Part shown: piece after piece, positions 42,716 to 52,430 of the stretch
Numbering within the stretch: the stretch's first letter is position 1
How the letters are laid out: each line of letters begins with the position of its first letter
Source of the DNA: Geoalkalibacter sp.
GTDB taxonomy: Bacteria; Desulfobacterota; Desulfuromonadia; Desulfuromonadales; Geoalkalibacteraceae
Direction: 5' to 3'
DNA length: 64,000 bases
Assembly: GCF_030604225.1 (NCBI RefSeq)
Contig: NZ_JAUVWH010000001.1
Span: forward strand, 8,413-72,412
The notes under the pieces: model-generated
Told to the model about the DNA's origin: nothing
Database searches by the model: none
The model's input: the letters and a program-made list of their open reading frames with translations, nothing else
Translations under genes and position numbers: made by a program

Positions 42716-43058
42716 TGTCCGATTCCCAAACGGTGATGCGTTCCACCCGCACATTGTCGTTGTTGAGCACCTCGGAGAGCTTTTCGTAGATGAAGCGCGA
42801 AATGTTTTCCGAGGACGGGCTCATCTGGTCGAATGGCTTGATTTCATTAAGGTATTTGTGGTCGAGAAGTTCCAGGATGCGCTTGGTTTCGCGCTTGAGG
42901 ATCTTGAAGTCGATGGCCAGCCCGGAGCGATCGAGCTCGCGGGCGCAGACCGTGGCCTCCACTTTCCAGTTATGGCCGTGGAGGTTCTCGCAGTCGCCCT
43001 GGTAATGGATCAGATTGTGGGCCGCGGCAAATTGGGTGTGAATGGTCAAATGATACAT
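42687..43058 (-). CDS. queD: 6-carboxy-5,6,7,8-tetrahydropterin synthase
   Basis: Start re-assigned to ATG at 43058. 123 aa. FAAAHNLIHYQGDCENLHGHNWKVE is the PTPS/QueD signature. Confidence 0.9.
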   Translation of the reverse strand: MYHLTIHTQFAAAHNLIHYQGDCENLHGHNWKVEATVCARELDRSGLAIDFKILKRETKRILELLDHKYLNEIKPFDQMSPSSENISRFIYEKLSEVLNNDNVRVERITVWESDNACASYTAD

Positions 43059-43072
43059 GGACAGATCCTTGG

Positions 43073-43261
43073 TCAGTTGTTGTTGTCCGATTCTTCTTCG
43101 GAAACCTTTTCGCCGGCGATGACATATTCTTCCTGAGCCCATCTGCCCAGGTCGACCAGCCGGCATTTTTCACTGCAGAACGGGCGCCAGGGGTTGCCTT
43201 CCCAAGCGACCGGCTTGCGGCAGCGCGGACAATGAAATTGCCGCGTTGTTCCTTGATTCAT
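43073..43261 (-). CDS. yacG: DNA gyrase inhibitor YacG (zinc finger)
   Basis: 62 aa from ATG 43261. CPRCRKPV...[15 protein letters not shown]. Confidence 0.8.
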   Translation of the reverse strand: MNQGTTRQFHCPRCRKPVAWEGNPWRPFCSEKCRLVDLGRWAQEEYVIAGEKVSEEESDNNN

Positions 43262-43299
43262 GTCAGGGCCTCGTTGCAGATAAACATCTTGCATGTTTC

Positions 43300-44625
43300 T
43301 CACCCTCGGGCGATTGCTTGGGCCGCGATGGCCCGCGCCGCCCACAGGGCGCTTTCCACGGCGCCTTCCACATTGCGGGCGCCCATGTAATCGCCTGCCA
43401 GATAAACTTTTCGCGGCCCCTCGTGGTTGCGATAGCGATGAATGTCGCGGCAGCGTCCCACGGGCGTGCAGGCAGCGGCTTCCGGCCAACGATAAATTTT
43501 GACCGTATCGATCCGCGGGCTGATTCCGGGGAAATACGAGTCGATCTCGGGCACGACCTCTCCAAGGATGTCTTCCTGAGGCGCATCGAGAAGACGGCGG
43601 GCCGCTTCACCACCGATCACCACCTGCAGCAACTCCCCCCGGTCGACATAAATAGCGCATTTGCGCGTCACCACCGTGATGCCGCCGATGACGCGCCGCT
43701 CGCGGCGGGGTACCATGATCCCGTGGACGTCGCTCGGCATGGCGGTTTTGGGCAAGCCGTCCGGGACAAACAGCGCAAGCACCAGGGCCGGACTGTAAGG
43801 CGTCTCCAGCAGGCGATTTTCCACCTCATCGTCCGATGCGCGCAGGGTGCGCGCCTGGGGGGCGGGAACCGCCAAAACCGCGAAATCCGCGATCAATTCA
43901 TGCTCGGCGGTGATTACTCGCACTTGCGAAGAATTCTCCGCGATCCCCAAAACAGGGCTGCGCAGGCTGATCCGGAGGTTTTCGGCAAGGGCGTGGGGAA
44001 GATCTTCCATGCCGCCGCGCAATGCCCGGGGCTGCTTGTCCCTGCCGCCGAAATTCCAGACCAGCATGGCCAGGGCCCGCGACATGTCTTCCGGTTCCTG
44101 GAAAAAGAAACTTTGCAGCATCGGCTCGAAGACGTATTCGAGAATCTGCCGATTGAATTGACGTTCAATCCAGGCGGCGGCTGTTTGATCGTCGAATTCG
44201 CGCCAGCGGGAGAAATCATCCAGGGGCAAGGCGCCTGTCTCCTTCATCAACTGGCGCGAGCCGGTGGCCAGCGCCATGCTGTCGGCCAGGTTCAGCAAGC
44301 CGCTGGTGTTGACACTCCAGGGGCGACTTGAACTCACCGCCCGCCCCTTGCCGTCCTTGATCACCGCCGTCCAGGGACTGCAGGGGCGAAAACTGTCGCG
44401 AAGCTTGATTTCATCAAGCAATCGACACACATTCTCGTAGCCGTCCGAGAGAAACTGAGCGCCGCGATCGATCAGGGAATCCTCGACGAAATCCGTACTG
44501 GCGCGCCCGCCGATCCGGCTCGTGGCTTCCAGAACATGAACCTCGCATCCACTCTCGCGCAGCCGGTGTGCCGCACTGAGACCCGCCATGCCCGCCCCGA
44601 TCACCACTACGGACTTTTTGCTCAA
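43300..44625 (-). CDS. FAD-dependent oxidoreductase (amine oxidase / protoporphyrinogen oxidase superfamily)
   Basis: 441 aa. Dinucleotide fold [17 protein letters not shown]...[11 protein letters not shown] and C-terminal ...YLAGDY. The specific function cannot be resolved from the sequence alone. Confidence 0.75.
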   Translation of the reverse strand: MSKKSVVVIGAGMAGLSAAHRLRESGCEVHVLEATSRIGGRASTDFVEDSLIDRGAQFLSDGYENVCRLLDEIKLRDSFRPCSPWTAVIKDGKGRAVSSSRPWSVNTSGLLNLADSMALATGSRQLMKETGALPLDDFSRWREFDDQTAAAWIERQFNRQILEYVFEPMLQSFFFQEPEDMSRALAMLVWNFGGRDKQPRALRGGMEDLPHALAENLRISLRSPVLGIAENSSQVRVITAEHELIADFAVLAVPAPQARTLRASDDEVENRLLETPYSPALVLALFVPDGLPKTAMPSDVHGIMVPRRERRVIGGITVVTRKCAIYVDRGELLQVVIGGEAARRLLDAPQEDILGEVVPEIDSYFPGISPRIDTVKIYRWPEAAACTPVGRCRDIHRYRNHEGPRKVYLAGDYMGARNVEGAVESALWAARAIAAQAIARG

Positions 44626-44786
44626 GGTCGTTTCCTCCCCCGCCCTTTAGCCTTCAGGAAAAAGATCTTTGAACCGTCCCCATCCCGCGCGCGTCGGGCA
44701 AAGCCAAAAAAGTCAGGTAAAATTGTGCCCTATCCAGGTTCATAACACAACCAACCCCATTGCGCTTTCAGACCAGGGAGGCTGAC

Positions 44787-45263
44787 ATGAAGCTCACCGC
44801 GTGGATTTCGGCGATCTGTTTGCTGGGGATTTCTCCCCTCGCCGCCGCATCGCTGACCAAAACCAGCGACAGCAATTGGCTCACCGGGGCGGACGAAAAA
44901 ACCCGCGCCGAGCGGCTGGAACATTATCTCGGCGGCTTTTCCAGCGCCATGCAGGATACCGGCTTGCGCTACGCCCACGTTAAACAGGCCATCGCCGACG
45001 GCAACTGGGATCTCGCCCAATATCATTGGGGAAAGATCGCCACCGCCATCGAAAACGGCCTGATGAAACGGCCCGCGCGCCGGGCCAATGCCGAGGCTAT
45101 TTTTCTCAATCGCGCCTGGGAGCCTCTCGCCGCCGCACTGAAGGAGAAAAACGGCGAAAGCATCGCGAAGGCCTTTCAGCAAGCGCGCCAGGCCTGCATG
45201 GCCTGCCATGTGGCGGAAAAGGTGCCCTTCATGAATGACCAGCCGCTTTTTCGCACCCCCTAA
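44787..45263 (+). CDS. secreted single-heme protein, class II (cytochrome c'/c556-like) candidate
   Basis: ATG at 44787 after AGGGAGG. Signal peptide MKLTAWISAICLLGISPLAAA, a predicted helical body, and a single CxxCH (CMACH) near the C-terminus. Confidence 0.55.
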   Translation: MKLTAWISAICLLGISPLAAASLTKTSDSNWLTGADEKTRAERLEHYLGGFSSAMQDTGLRYAHVKQAIADGNWDLAQYHWGKIATAIENGLMKRPARRANAEAIFLNRAWEPLAAALKEKNGESIAKAFQQARQACMACHVAEKVPFMNDQPLFRTP

Positions 45264-45266
45264 CCT

Positions 45267-45878
45267 TCAGCGTTTGGCCGAGCGCAGACGCTCGGCGATT
45301 CTCTCGGCGAAAACCGCATAGCCCGCCGCGTTGGGGTGGATCGTATCGCTTTTCAGCGAATTCTCCCGCAAAATGTCGGGCAGCAGGTGCTCTTCGAGAG
45401 GAACCTTCATGTCCCAGGAGGTACGGACATACAGGGGGATGGTCCTGAGCACCATGCTCGGTTGAGGCACCCCGATAAGCAGCACCTGGGCACCGGATTG
45501 CAGGGAGAGCTCGACCATTTTTCGGATATTGGCCTCCAACTCTTCCGCGCCGCGGCGCTGCAGGATGTCGTTGCCGCCATGGCAGAGAATCACCAGGTCG
45601 GGTCGCACTTCGGCCAGCACGCCGGGTAGCCGTTGCACCCCATCACTGGTCAGTTCGCCCGGAACCCCGGCATTGATGACCCTGTTGCCGATCAGCCGCT
45701 CAAGCACCTCTGGGTAGCTTTCACCCTCTTCCGCCCCGGTGCCGTAGGTCAGACTGTCGCCGAAGGCTAGGACCACCGCTGCTTCGGGCAAGGGCTTGAG
45801 GCGCGGCGTGCTATCGCAGCCGACCAGGACGAACAGGACGAAAAAAAGCAGCGGGAAAATTTTATTCATGGTGGACAT
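45267..45878 (-). CDS. SGNH/GDSL hydrolase lipoprotein (TesA/arylesterase-like)
   Basis: Lipobox FVLVGC, block I FGDSLTYG, and ...LCHGGND.... The start could be ATG 45869 instead. Confidence 0.8.
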   Translation of the reverse strand: MSTMNKIFPLLFFVLFVLVGCDSTPRLKPLPEAAVVLAFGDSLTYGTGAEEGESYPEVLERLIGNRVINAGVPGELTSDGVQRLPGVLAEVRPDLVILCHGGNDILQRRGAEELEANIRKMVELSLQSGAQVLLIGVPQPSMVLRTIPLYVRTSWDMKVPLEEHLLPDILRENSLKSDTIHPNAAGYAVFAERIAERLRSAKR

Positions 45879-45968
45879 CCTTTGAAGATCCTTGAGTCTT
45901 TGGCCTTGAAAAAGAACCTATCATAATCGAAATGCTGGCTTTTTTGGAAAAAAAACACGAGGGACGGA

Positions 45969-45997
45969 TTGACATAATCCGCCTATGCGGATATTTT
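45969..45997 (+). promoter_or_regulatory. candidate arsR promoter with a palindromic operator in the spacer
   Basis: TTGACA (45969-45974), 17-nt spacer, TATTTT (45992-45997). The spacer contains ATCCGC-ctat-GCGGAT (45977-45992). The arsR ATG at 46004 lies 7 nt after the -10 and has no SD. Confidence 0.45.
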
Positions 45998-46003
45998 TCG
46001 GCC

Positions 46004-46351
46004 ATGAAACAAACCGCCCGCCTTTTCAAAGCCCTTTCCGACGAAACGCGCCTGCGCATTCTTGCCTTGCTCACCCGTGGCGAGCTTTGCGTCTGCGATC
46101 TCATGTCCATTCTCGGCCTGCCCCAGTCGACGGTATCGCGTCACCTGGCCTATCTGCGCAATGCCGGCCTGGTGACCGACCGCCGTCAGGGGGTCTGGAT
46201 GTACTATGAGTTGGCGCCTGCTACCGAGGTGCTTCATGAAGGACTTTACCAAGTCCTGACCCAACGCCTAGTGAAGCAGCCTCAAGCACGCCAGGATCTT
46301 CAGGCACTGGAAACTTTTCTCGCGCACAAGGACGCTTCTTCCTGCGACTGA
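46004..46351 (+). CDS. arsR: ArsR/SmtB-family metalloregulator (As(III)-type CVC motif)
   Basis: 115 aa from ATG 46004. LFKALSDETRLRILALLTRGELCVCDLMSIL...STVSRHLAYLRNAGLV. Confidence 0.87.
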   Translation: MKQTARLFKALSDETRLRILALLTRGELCVCDLMSILGLPQSTVSRHLAYLRNAGLVTDRRQGVWMYYELAPATEVLHEGLYQVLTQRLVKQPQARQDLQALETFLAHKDASSCD

Positions 46352-46367
46352 TTTTTTTATTTTAAAA

Positions 46368-46385
46368 AATCCGCGAATGCGGATT
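46368..46385 (+). promoter_or_regulatory. second AATCCGC-N4-GCGGATT palindrome (operator and/or weak terminator) upstream of acr3
   Basis: AATCCGC-gaat-GCGGATT, a perfect 7-bp inverted repeat, 30 nt upstream of the acr3 ATG. It has the same core as the arsR-promoter palindrome. Confidence 0.4.
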
Positions 46386-46414
46386 AATTGTTTTCCCGCG
46401 ACGGAGAGCCTGCC

Positions 46415-47482
46415 ATGTCTTCAGCCGTTTCCCGCAACCTCTCGTTTCTCGACCGCTATCTCACCCTGTGGATCTTTGCCGCCATGGCCCTCGGCGTCGG
46501 CCTGGGCTGGCTGATTCCCGGGGTCAAGAATTTCGTCAATTTTTTCACCATCGGCACAACCAACATCCCCATCGCCCTCGGCTTGATCCTCATGATGTAT
46601 CCGCCCTTCGCCAAGGTGCGTTATGAGGACATGGGCGATGTGTTTCGCAACAAGAAGGTGCTCGGTCTGTCCCTGGTGCAGAACTGGGTGATCGGACCGG
46701 TACTGATGTTTGCACTGGCCATCATCTTTTTGCGCGACTACCCCGAATACATGGTGGGCCTGATCATGATCGGCCTGGCACGCTGCATCGCCATGGTCAT
46801 CGTGTGGAACGAACTGGCCAAGGGCGATACGGAATACGCCGCCGGCCTGGTGGCCTTCAACAGCGTCTTTCAGGTCATTTTCTTTAGTGTCTACGCCTGG
46901 TTCTTCATCAGTGTGCTGCCACCCCTATTCGGCCTGCAGGGCGCGGTGGTCGACATCACCATCGGTGAAATCGCCCAAAGCGTGTTCATCTATCTCGGCA
47001 TTCCCTTCCTCGCCGGAGCAATGACCCGTCTCATCGGCGTCAAACTGCTGGGACGCCGGCGCTATCACGCCGAGGTGGTGCCCAAGATCAGCCCGCTGAC
47101 CCTCATCGCCCTGCTTTTCACCATCGTCGTCATGTTCAGCCTCAAAGGCGATCTCATCGTCCAGATTCCCTTGGATGTGGTGCGCATCGCCATTCCCCTG
47201 CTCATCTACTTCGTGTTCATGTTTCTGGTATCCTTTTGGATGGGAAGACTGGTCGGCGCCGACTACAGAAAAACCACTACCCTGGCCTTCACCGCCGCCA
47301 GCAACAACTTCGAACTGGCCATTGCCGTCGCGGTGGCGGTGTTCGGCCTGCACTCCGGCGCGGCTTTTGCCGCGGTCATCGGGCCGCTGGTGGAAGTTCC
47401 GGTGATGATCGCCCTGGTCAATGTGGCCTTCTGGTTTCAACGCCGCTATTTCCAATCGGCCCAGCAACCTAGCGTCGAATAA
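46415..47482 (+). CDS. acr3: arsenite efflux transporter, ACR3 family
   Basis: ATG at 46415 after [31 protein letters not shown]..., and the conserved Cys context [10 protein letters not shown]. 10-TM pattern. Confidence 0.92.
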   Translation: MSSAVSRNLSFLDRYLTLWIFAAMALGVGLGWLIPGVKNFVNFFTIGTTNIPIALGLILMMYPPFAKVRYEDMGDVFRNKKVLGLSLVQNWVIGPVLMFALAIIFLRDYPEYMVGLIMIGLARCIAMVIVWNELAKGDTEYAAGLVAFNSVFQVIFFSVYAWFFISVLPPLFGLQGAVVDITIGEIAQSVFIYLGIPFLAGAMTRLIGVKLLGRRRYHAEVVPKISPLTLIALLFTIVVMFSLKGDLIVQIPLDVVRIAIPLLIYFVFMFLVSFWMGRLVGADYRKTTTLAFTAASNNFELAIAVAVAVFGLHSGAAFAAVIGPLVEVPVMIALVNVAFWFQRRYFQSAQQPSVE

Positions 47483-47500
47483 AGCGCAAAGGAGCCTGCC

Positions 47501-48367
47501 ATGCTCGAAAAGGTTCTCATCGCCACGGATTTTTCTCCCGCCTCCGATTGTCTGCTGCACTGCGCGGGGGAATTCAAAAGCCTGGGCCTCAAGGAGGCGG
47601 TGCTGGCTCATGTCATCTATGTGGCCAACACGCCCGGGCTCGAGGATCGACTCATGGACGAAGTCCGGCCCCAAATCGCCCGCCAGCAGCGCCTTCTGGA
47701 AGAACAGGGCATCAAGGTGACCCCGGAGTTGCGTTACGGCGTGCCGGCGCGTGAACTCGACACCCTGGCCGAACAACATGGCGCGAATTGGATCCTGATC
47801 GGCTCGCGTGGTCGCAGTCTGGTGAAAACCCTGCTCGGCAGCATCTCCTTTCGCGTGTTGCAGGTCAGCCGCCGGCCGGTGTTTCTTTCGCGCATCGAGG
47901 TGCTTGGCGAGGGCGAGAGCTGTAGCATTTCGGTGTGCAAACGCTCCTTTGACAACATCCTTTTTGCCACCGATTTTTCCGATGCCGCCTATGCCGCTTT
48001 CGAGCATCTCGTCAAAATCGCCGAGGCTTACCGCCCGCGCATCACCCTGCTCCATGTTCTCGATGAGGAGTTCGCCGAGATCCATCTCTCCGGCCAGGGC
48101 ATGGTTCAGCAACAGGCCAAGGATGAGGAACGCCTGGGCTTGATGAAAAAACGTCTCGAGGAGTTAGGAGCGCGGGTGAGCCTGGCGTGGGAGGTGGGCA
48201 AGCCGGATAGAGCCATCGTCGAGCGCACCCGGAACGAGGATTTCACCCTGGTGGTGATGGGCAATCACGGCAGGGGATTTCTGCGCGAAGCACTGCTGGG
48301 CAGCGTCGCCAACACCGTCGCGCGCCAGGCCGCAACGCCGGTTTTGCTGGTGCCCTCAGCGCCCTAG
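47501..48367 (+). CDS. tandem universal stress protein (two Usp domains)
   Basis: 288 aa. Two repeats each begin ...VLIATDFS / ILFATDFS and end with G(S/N)(R/H)G...LGS(I/V) patterns. Confidence 0.85.
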   Translation: MLEKVLIATDFSPASDCLLHCAGEFKSLGLKEAVLAHVIYVANTPGLEDRLMDEVRPQIARQQRLLEEQGIKVTPELRYGVPARELDTLAEQHGANWILIGSRGRSLVKTLLGSISFRVLQVSRRPVFLSRIEVLGEGESCSISVCKRSFDNILFATDFSDAAYAAFEHLVKIAEAYRPRITLLHVLDEEFAEIHLSGQGMVQQQAKDEERLGLMKKRLEELGARVSLAWEVGKPDRAIVERTRNEDFTLVVMGNHGRGFLREALLGSVANTVARQAATPVLLVPSAP

Positions 48368-48454
48368 ATTAATCATCCCTTGACCAACTGACCGATCGCC
48401 TGCGCCTTTCCCAGGAAGGAACAATCACGGGGCCATCGCGCTCCAAATGCAAAA

Positions 48455-48478
48455 AGGCCGACCCTCGCGGATCGGCCT
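48455..48478. terminator. hairpin terminator downstream of tRNA-Pro (minus strand), possibly also serving usp (plus strand)
   Basis: AGGCCGA...TCGGCCT stem. On the minus strand it is followed by TTTTTGC. On the plus strand it is followed at a distance by GCTTTTTT. Confidence 0.55.
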
Positions 48479-48491
48479 CAATGCTTTTTTA

Positions 48492-48569
<78 letters not shown>

Positions 48570-48586
48570 TCAACCAATGCGTCGGG

Positions 48587-48615
48587 ATTATGTTGGAATC
48601 GGGGATAAATGTCAA
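48587..48615 (-). promoter_or_regulatory. candidate sigma70 promoter for tRNA-Pro
   Basis: Minus strand: TTGACA (48615-48610), 17-nt spacer, CATAAT (48592-48587), about 17 nt before the tRNA 5' end. Confidence 0.5.
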
Positions 48616-48668
48616 GCAGAAAAATCCCCCGATAAAAAACAAAAAACTCTTGTAACTTTAGGCTTTTA

Positions 48669-49970
48669 TCAAGTCTTGCGGCGATCGATGACACGTTTGG
48701 CCTTGCCTTCGTGCCGCGGGATGGAGGCGGGTTCCACCAGCTTGACCTTGGCGCGCAGACCCAGGGTCGCGGCCAGGCGCTTTTCCACCAGACCGACGAA
48801 TTCCCGCTGCTTTTTCATCTCGTCGAAGAAAATGGTTTCGTTGACCTCGACCTGCACCTCCAGGGTATCCATGTGCCCTTCTCGGTCGAGCACCAACTGA
48901 TAATGAGGTTCGCAGCCCTCGACCTGGAACAGCACTTCCTCGATCTGCGTGGGAAAGACGTTGACACCCTTGACGATGAGCATGTCGTCGGAGCGCCCGC
49001 GGGTCTTTTCCATGCGCACCATGGTCCGGCCGCACCGGCAGGTGTCGTAATGCAGGCGCGTGATGTCGCGGGTGCGGTAGCGGATCATGGGGAAGGCTTC
49101 CTTGGTGAGGGTGGTCAACACCAGCTCGCCGACGGAACCGGGCGGCAGCACCTCGCAGGTCGCGGGGTCGATGATCTCGGGAATGAAATGATCCTCGAAG
49201 ATGTGCATGCCGCACTTGTATTCGCACTCGCCCGCCACCCCGGGGCCCATGACTTCCGAAAGGCCGAAATTGTCCGTGGCGAGAATGCCGAGACGGGATT
49301 CGATCTCGCGGCGCATCTCCTCGCTCCAGGGCTCGGCGCCGAAGAGGCCGACACGCAGCTTGAGGCTGTCGGCGCCCAAGCCCATGCGATCCAGATGATC
49401 GGCGATGGTCAGAGCATAGGAGGGCGTGCAGACCAGGGCCGAGGATTGATAATCCTGCATGATCATGATCTGCTTTTCGGTGTTGCCGCTGGAGATGGGA
49501 ATCACCGACGCGCCGATGCGCTCGGCCCCATAGTGCAGGCCGAAGGCGCCGGTAAACAGGCCGTAGCCGAAGGCGATATGCACGATGTCGTCGGCGGTGA
49601 CGCCGGCGGCGGTCATCATGCGCGCGACCAACTCCGTCCAGTTGTTGAGATCGTTGCGCGTGTAGCCGACCACCGTGGGCTTACCGGTGGTGCCGCTGGA
49701 GGAATGGATGCGCACCACTTCCCGCAGGGGCACGGCGAACATGCCGTAGGGGTAGTTGAGGCGCAAATCTTCCTTGGTGGTGAAGGGAAAACGGGCCAGA
49801 TCGGAAAGCTGCCGCAGGTCCTTGGCGCTGACGCCGGCATCCAGGAATTTTTTTTGATAGCAGGGAACGTTGCGATAGGCACGTTCAAGAGTGGTGCGCA
49901 ACTGCTCGAATTGCAGCGCCGTCAACTGGTCACGCGCCATGCATTCGCGATCGGGATCCCAGATCCTCAT
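48669..49970 (-). CDS. paaK: phenylacetate-CoA ligase family (aryl/indole-acetate CoA ligase), copy 1
   Basis: 433 aa. ...[21 protein letters not shown]...[17 protein letters not shown].... Confidence 0.9.
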   Translation of the reverse strand: MRIWDPDRECMARDQLTALQFEQLRTTLERAYRNVPCYQKKFLDAGVSAKDLRQLSDLARFPFTTKEDLRLNYPYGMFAVPLREVVRIHSSSGTTGKPTVVGYTRNDLNNWTELVARMMTAAGVTADDIVHIAFGYGLFTGAFGLHYGAERIGASVIPISSGNTEKQIMIMQDYQSSALVCTPSYALTIADHLDRMGLGADSLKLRVGLFGAEPWSEEMRREIESRLGILATDNFGLSEVMGPGVAGECEYKCGMHIFEDHFIPEIIDPATCEVLPPGSVGELVLTTLTKEAFPMIRYRTRDITRLHYDTCRCGRTMVRMEKTRGRSDDMLIVKGVNVFPTQIEEVLFQVEGCEPHYQLVLDREGHMDTLEVQVEVNETIFFDEMKKQREFVGLVEKRLAATLGLRAKVKLVEPASIPRHEGKAKRVIDRRKT

Positions 49971-50030
49971 GCCGAACCTTCCTGAGAAAACCTTATGCGG
50001 TTTCGAGAAAAAGAATCCTAAAACACTGAA

Positions 50031-50462
50031 TTACATGCAATAAACACGCTCTCCGACCAGAACCTTGACGCCCTGTTCGGTGAGCACGCGGATGGCGCCT
50101 TCCGTATCGTCGAAGCGGAAGATGATGACGGCGTTCTCGCCGCAGCGCTCGACAAAGGCGTACATGTACTCGACGTTGATGCGCGAGGCATCGAGAACCT
50201 GGAGGATGCTGTTGAGCCCCAGGGGCCGATCCGGCACCTCGACGGCAACCACCTCGGTTTTATTGACGGTAAAGCCCTTGCTCTTGAGCACGTCCTTGGC
50301 GGTATCGGTCTTGTCGACGATCAGGCGCAGGATGCCGAAATCCGAGGTATCGGCCAGGGACAGGGCGCGAATGTTGACGCCCGCCTCGCCCAGCACCCGC
50401 GTGACTTCGGCCAGACGACCGGATTTGTTCTCGATGAAAATGGAAATCTGCTCGACTTTCAT
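50031..50462 (-). CDS. tandem ACT-domain protein
   Basis: 143 aa. [39 protein letters not shown]..., with a second ACT-like half [19 protein letters not shown]. Confidence 0.85.
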   Translation of the reverse strand: MKVEQISIFIENKSGRLAEVTRVLGEAGVNIRALSLADTSDFGILRLIVDKTDTAKDVLKSKGFTVNKTEVVAVEVPDRPLGLNSILQVLDASRINVEYMYAFVERCGENAVIIFRFDDTEGAIRVLTEQGVKVLVGERVYCM

Positions 50463-50490
50463 GACTCTCCCCTCTCCTTTTTGGGTTGGT

Positions 50491-51795
50491 TCAGAGTTGC
50501 GGCCGGTTGTCGATGACGCGCTTAGCCTTGCCCTCGCTGCGGGTGATGGTCTTGGTTTCGACGAGGCGCACCTTGCAGGTTACGCCGAGAAGATCCTTGA
50601 TTTCCTTGCGGATGCGGTTGGACAACTCCTGCAGGACCTTGATTTCGTCGGAGAAGGTACGCTCGTTGACTTCAACTTGCACCTCCAGGGAATCGAGGTT
50701 TTCTTCCCGATCGACGATCAGCTGGTAATGGGGCTCGACACCCTCGATGTTGATGAGGATGCTCTCGATCTGCGAGGGAAACACATTGACGCCGCGAATG
50801 ATGAGCATGTCGTCGCTGCGCCCGCTCAAGCGCTCGATGCGCTTGTGGGTGCGCCCGCAGATGCAGGGCTCGGCGATCAGGCGGGTGATGTCGCGGGTGC
50901 GGTAGCGAATCAGGGGAATGCCTTCCTTGGTGATGGTGGTGATGACCAGTTCACCCCTCTCCCCGTCGGGCAAGACTTCGCCGGTGTCGGGATTGATGAT
51001 TTCCGGCAGGAAATGATCTTCCCACATGTGCAGGCCGTTTTGCGCCTCGTTACACTCTATGGCGACGCCGGGACCGAGGATTTCGGACAGGCCGTAGATG
51101 TCGATGGCCTTGAGATTGAGCTTGGCCTCGATCTCGTCGCGCATCTTCTCACTCCAGGGCTCGGCGCCGAAGATGCCGATGCGCAGCTTGAAGTCGCGAA
51201 TGTCGAGGCCCATTTCCGCCACCGATTCAGCCAGAAACAGGCTGTAGGAGGGCGTGCAGGTCAGCACCGTGGAACCGAAATCCTGCATGATCATGATCTG
51301 TTTCTTGGTGTTGCCGCCGGACATGGGGATGACCGAGGCCCCCAGGCGCTCGGCGCCGTAGTGCGCACCCAAACCGCCGGTAAATAGACCGTAGCCATAG
51401 GCGTTGTGGATGACATCGCCCTTGTGTGCGCCGGCGGCGACGAAGGAGCGCGCCATGAGTTCCGACCAGGTGTCGATGTCGCGGCGGGTGTAGCCGACAA
51501 CCGTGGGTTTGCCGGTGGTGCCGGAGCTGGCATGAATGCGCACGATCTGCTCTAGGGGCACGGCAAACAGCCCGTAGGGGTAGTTGTCGCGCATGTCCTG
51601 CTTGAGGGTGAAGGGAAAGCGACGCAGGTCATCCAGGCTTTTGAGCTGCTCGGGCGTCACGCCGGCGCGGCGGAAATGCTCGCGGTAAAAGGGCACCGTG
51701 GCATTGACCCGCTCCAGCGTCTGGCGCAGGCGCTTGAATTGCAGGGATTCAATCGCCTCGCGCGGCAGGGTTTCGAATTCATCGTTCCAGATCAT
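50491..51795 (-). CDS. paaK: phenylacetate-CoA ligase family, copy 2
   Basis: Start re-assigned to ATG at 51795 ([14 protein letters not shown]...). [17 protein letters not shown]. Colinear paralog of copy 1. Confidence 0.9.
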   Translation of the reverse strand: MIWNDEFETLPREAIESLQFKRLRQTLERVNATVPFYREHFRRAGVTPEQLKSLDDLRRFPFTLKQDMRDNYPYGLFAVPLEQIVRIHASSGTTGKPTVVGYTRRDIDTWSELMARSFVAAGAHKGDVIHNAYGYGLFTGGLGAHYGAERLGASVIPMSGGNTKKQIMIMQDFGSTVLTCTPSYSLFLAESVAEMGLDIRDFKLRIGIFGAEPWSEKMRDEIEAKLNLKAIDIYGLSEILGPGVAIECNEAQNGLHMWEDHFLPEIINPDTGEVLPDGERGELVITTITKEGIPLIRYRTRDITRLIAEPCICGRTHKRIERLSGRSDDMLIIRGVNVFPSQIESILINIEGVEPHYQLIVDREENLDSLEVQVEVNERTFSDEIKVLQELSNRIRKEIKDLLGVTCKVRLVETKTITRSEGKAKRVIDNRPQL

Positions 51796-51851
51796 GGCAA
51801 ACCCCTTAAAGACGGAGATGAGTGACAATCATCACTCATCTCCTTTGTGGT

Positions 51852-52430
51852 TCAAGCCTGGCGTCCCAGGGCGAAGGCTTTCAGATTTTCGTCGAGGAAC
51901 TTCGCGGGAACCCGGTTGTGCATGGCTTGATTCCAAGCCTCCGCGGAGATCTCCATCATGTTGGACAAGGCCCCGAGCAGCACGGTGTTGACCGTGCGCA
52001 TGTTGCCGGCCTGCTGGGCGAGGGCCATGGCATTGACGATGCGGCTGCGGGGAAAGGCGGCCCTGATCTTGTCCGGAATATCCTCGGGATAGTTTTCCTT
52101 GCCGAGGGCCACGCCGGGAGGCACGATTTGCAGGTCGCTGGCGACCACCTGGCCGTCCTTCTTGAGCAGCGGCAGGTAGCGGTAGGATTCGAGCAGCTCG
52201 AAACCAAAGAGGATATCGGCTTCGCCCTCGGGAATGATGGGCGAGTAGACCTTCTCGCCGTAACGCACGTGGGACACGACGCTGCCGCCGCGCTGGGCCA
52301 TGCCGTGCACCTCGGCCTTCTTCACGTCGTAACCGCCGAGCATGAGCACTTCGGAAAGAATTTCGCTGGCGAGCAGGATACCCTGACCGCCGACCCCGAC
52401 CAGCAGGATGTTTTGCACCTTATTTTTCAT
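51852..52430 (-). CDS. iorB: indolepyruvate:ferredoxin oxidoreductase beta subunit
   Basis: Start at ATG 52430 (MKNKVQNILLVGVGGQGILLAS) overlaps the iorA 3' end by 11 nt. ...HGMAQRGGSV.... Confidence 0.88.
   Translation of the reverse strand: MKNKVQNILLVGVGGQGILLASEILSEVLMLGGYDVKKAEVHGMAQRGGSVVSHVRYGEKVYSPIIPEGEADILFGFELLESYRYLPLLKKDGQVVASDLQIVPPGVALGKENYPEDIPDKIRAAFPRSRIVNAMALAQQAGNMRTVNTVLLGALSNMMEISAEAWNQAMHNRVPAKFLDENLKAFALGRQA

Noticed and set aside
44626-44786. Possible c-di-GMP (GEMM-I-like) riboswitch upstream of the cytochrome-like gene, because of a GGGCAAAGCC stretch.
   Set aside because: Only one short motif resembles the consensus. I could not find the paired ACGCAAAGC-type second half or the P1/P2 helices.
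45965-46385. Treating the two ars palindromes as members of the same mobile REP family as the 12.6-kb and 19.5-kb elements.
   Set aside because: They share only the GCGGAT/ATCCGC core and lack the TTGGGAC...GTCCCAA termini and the nested design. Their position in a promoter spacer and before acr3 fits operator sites better. The resemblance is noted in the findings but the families are not merged.
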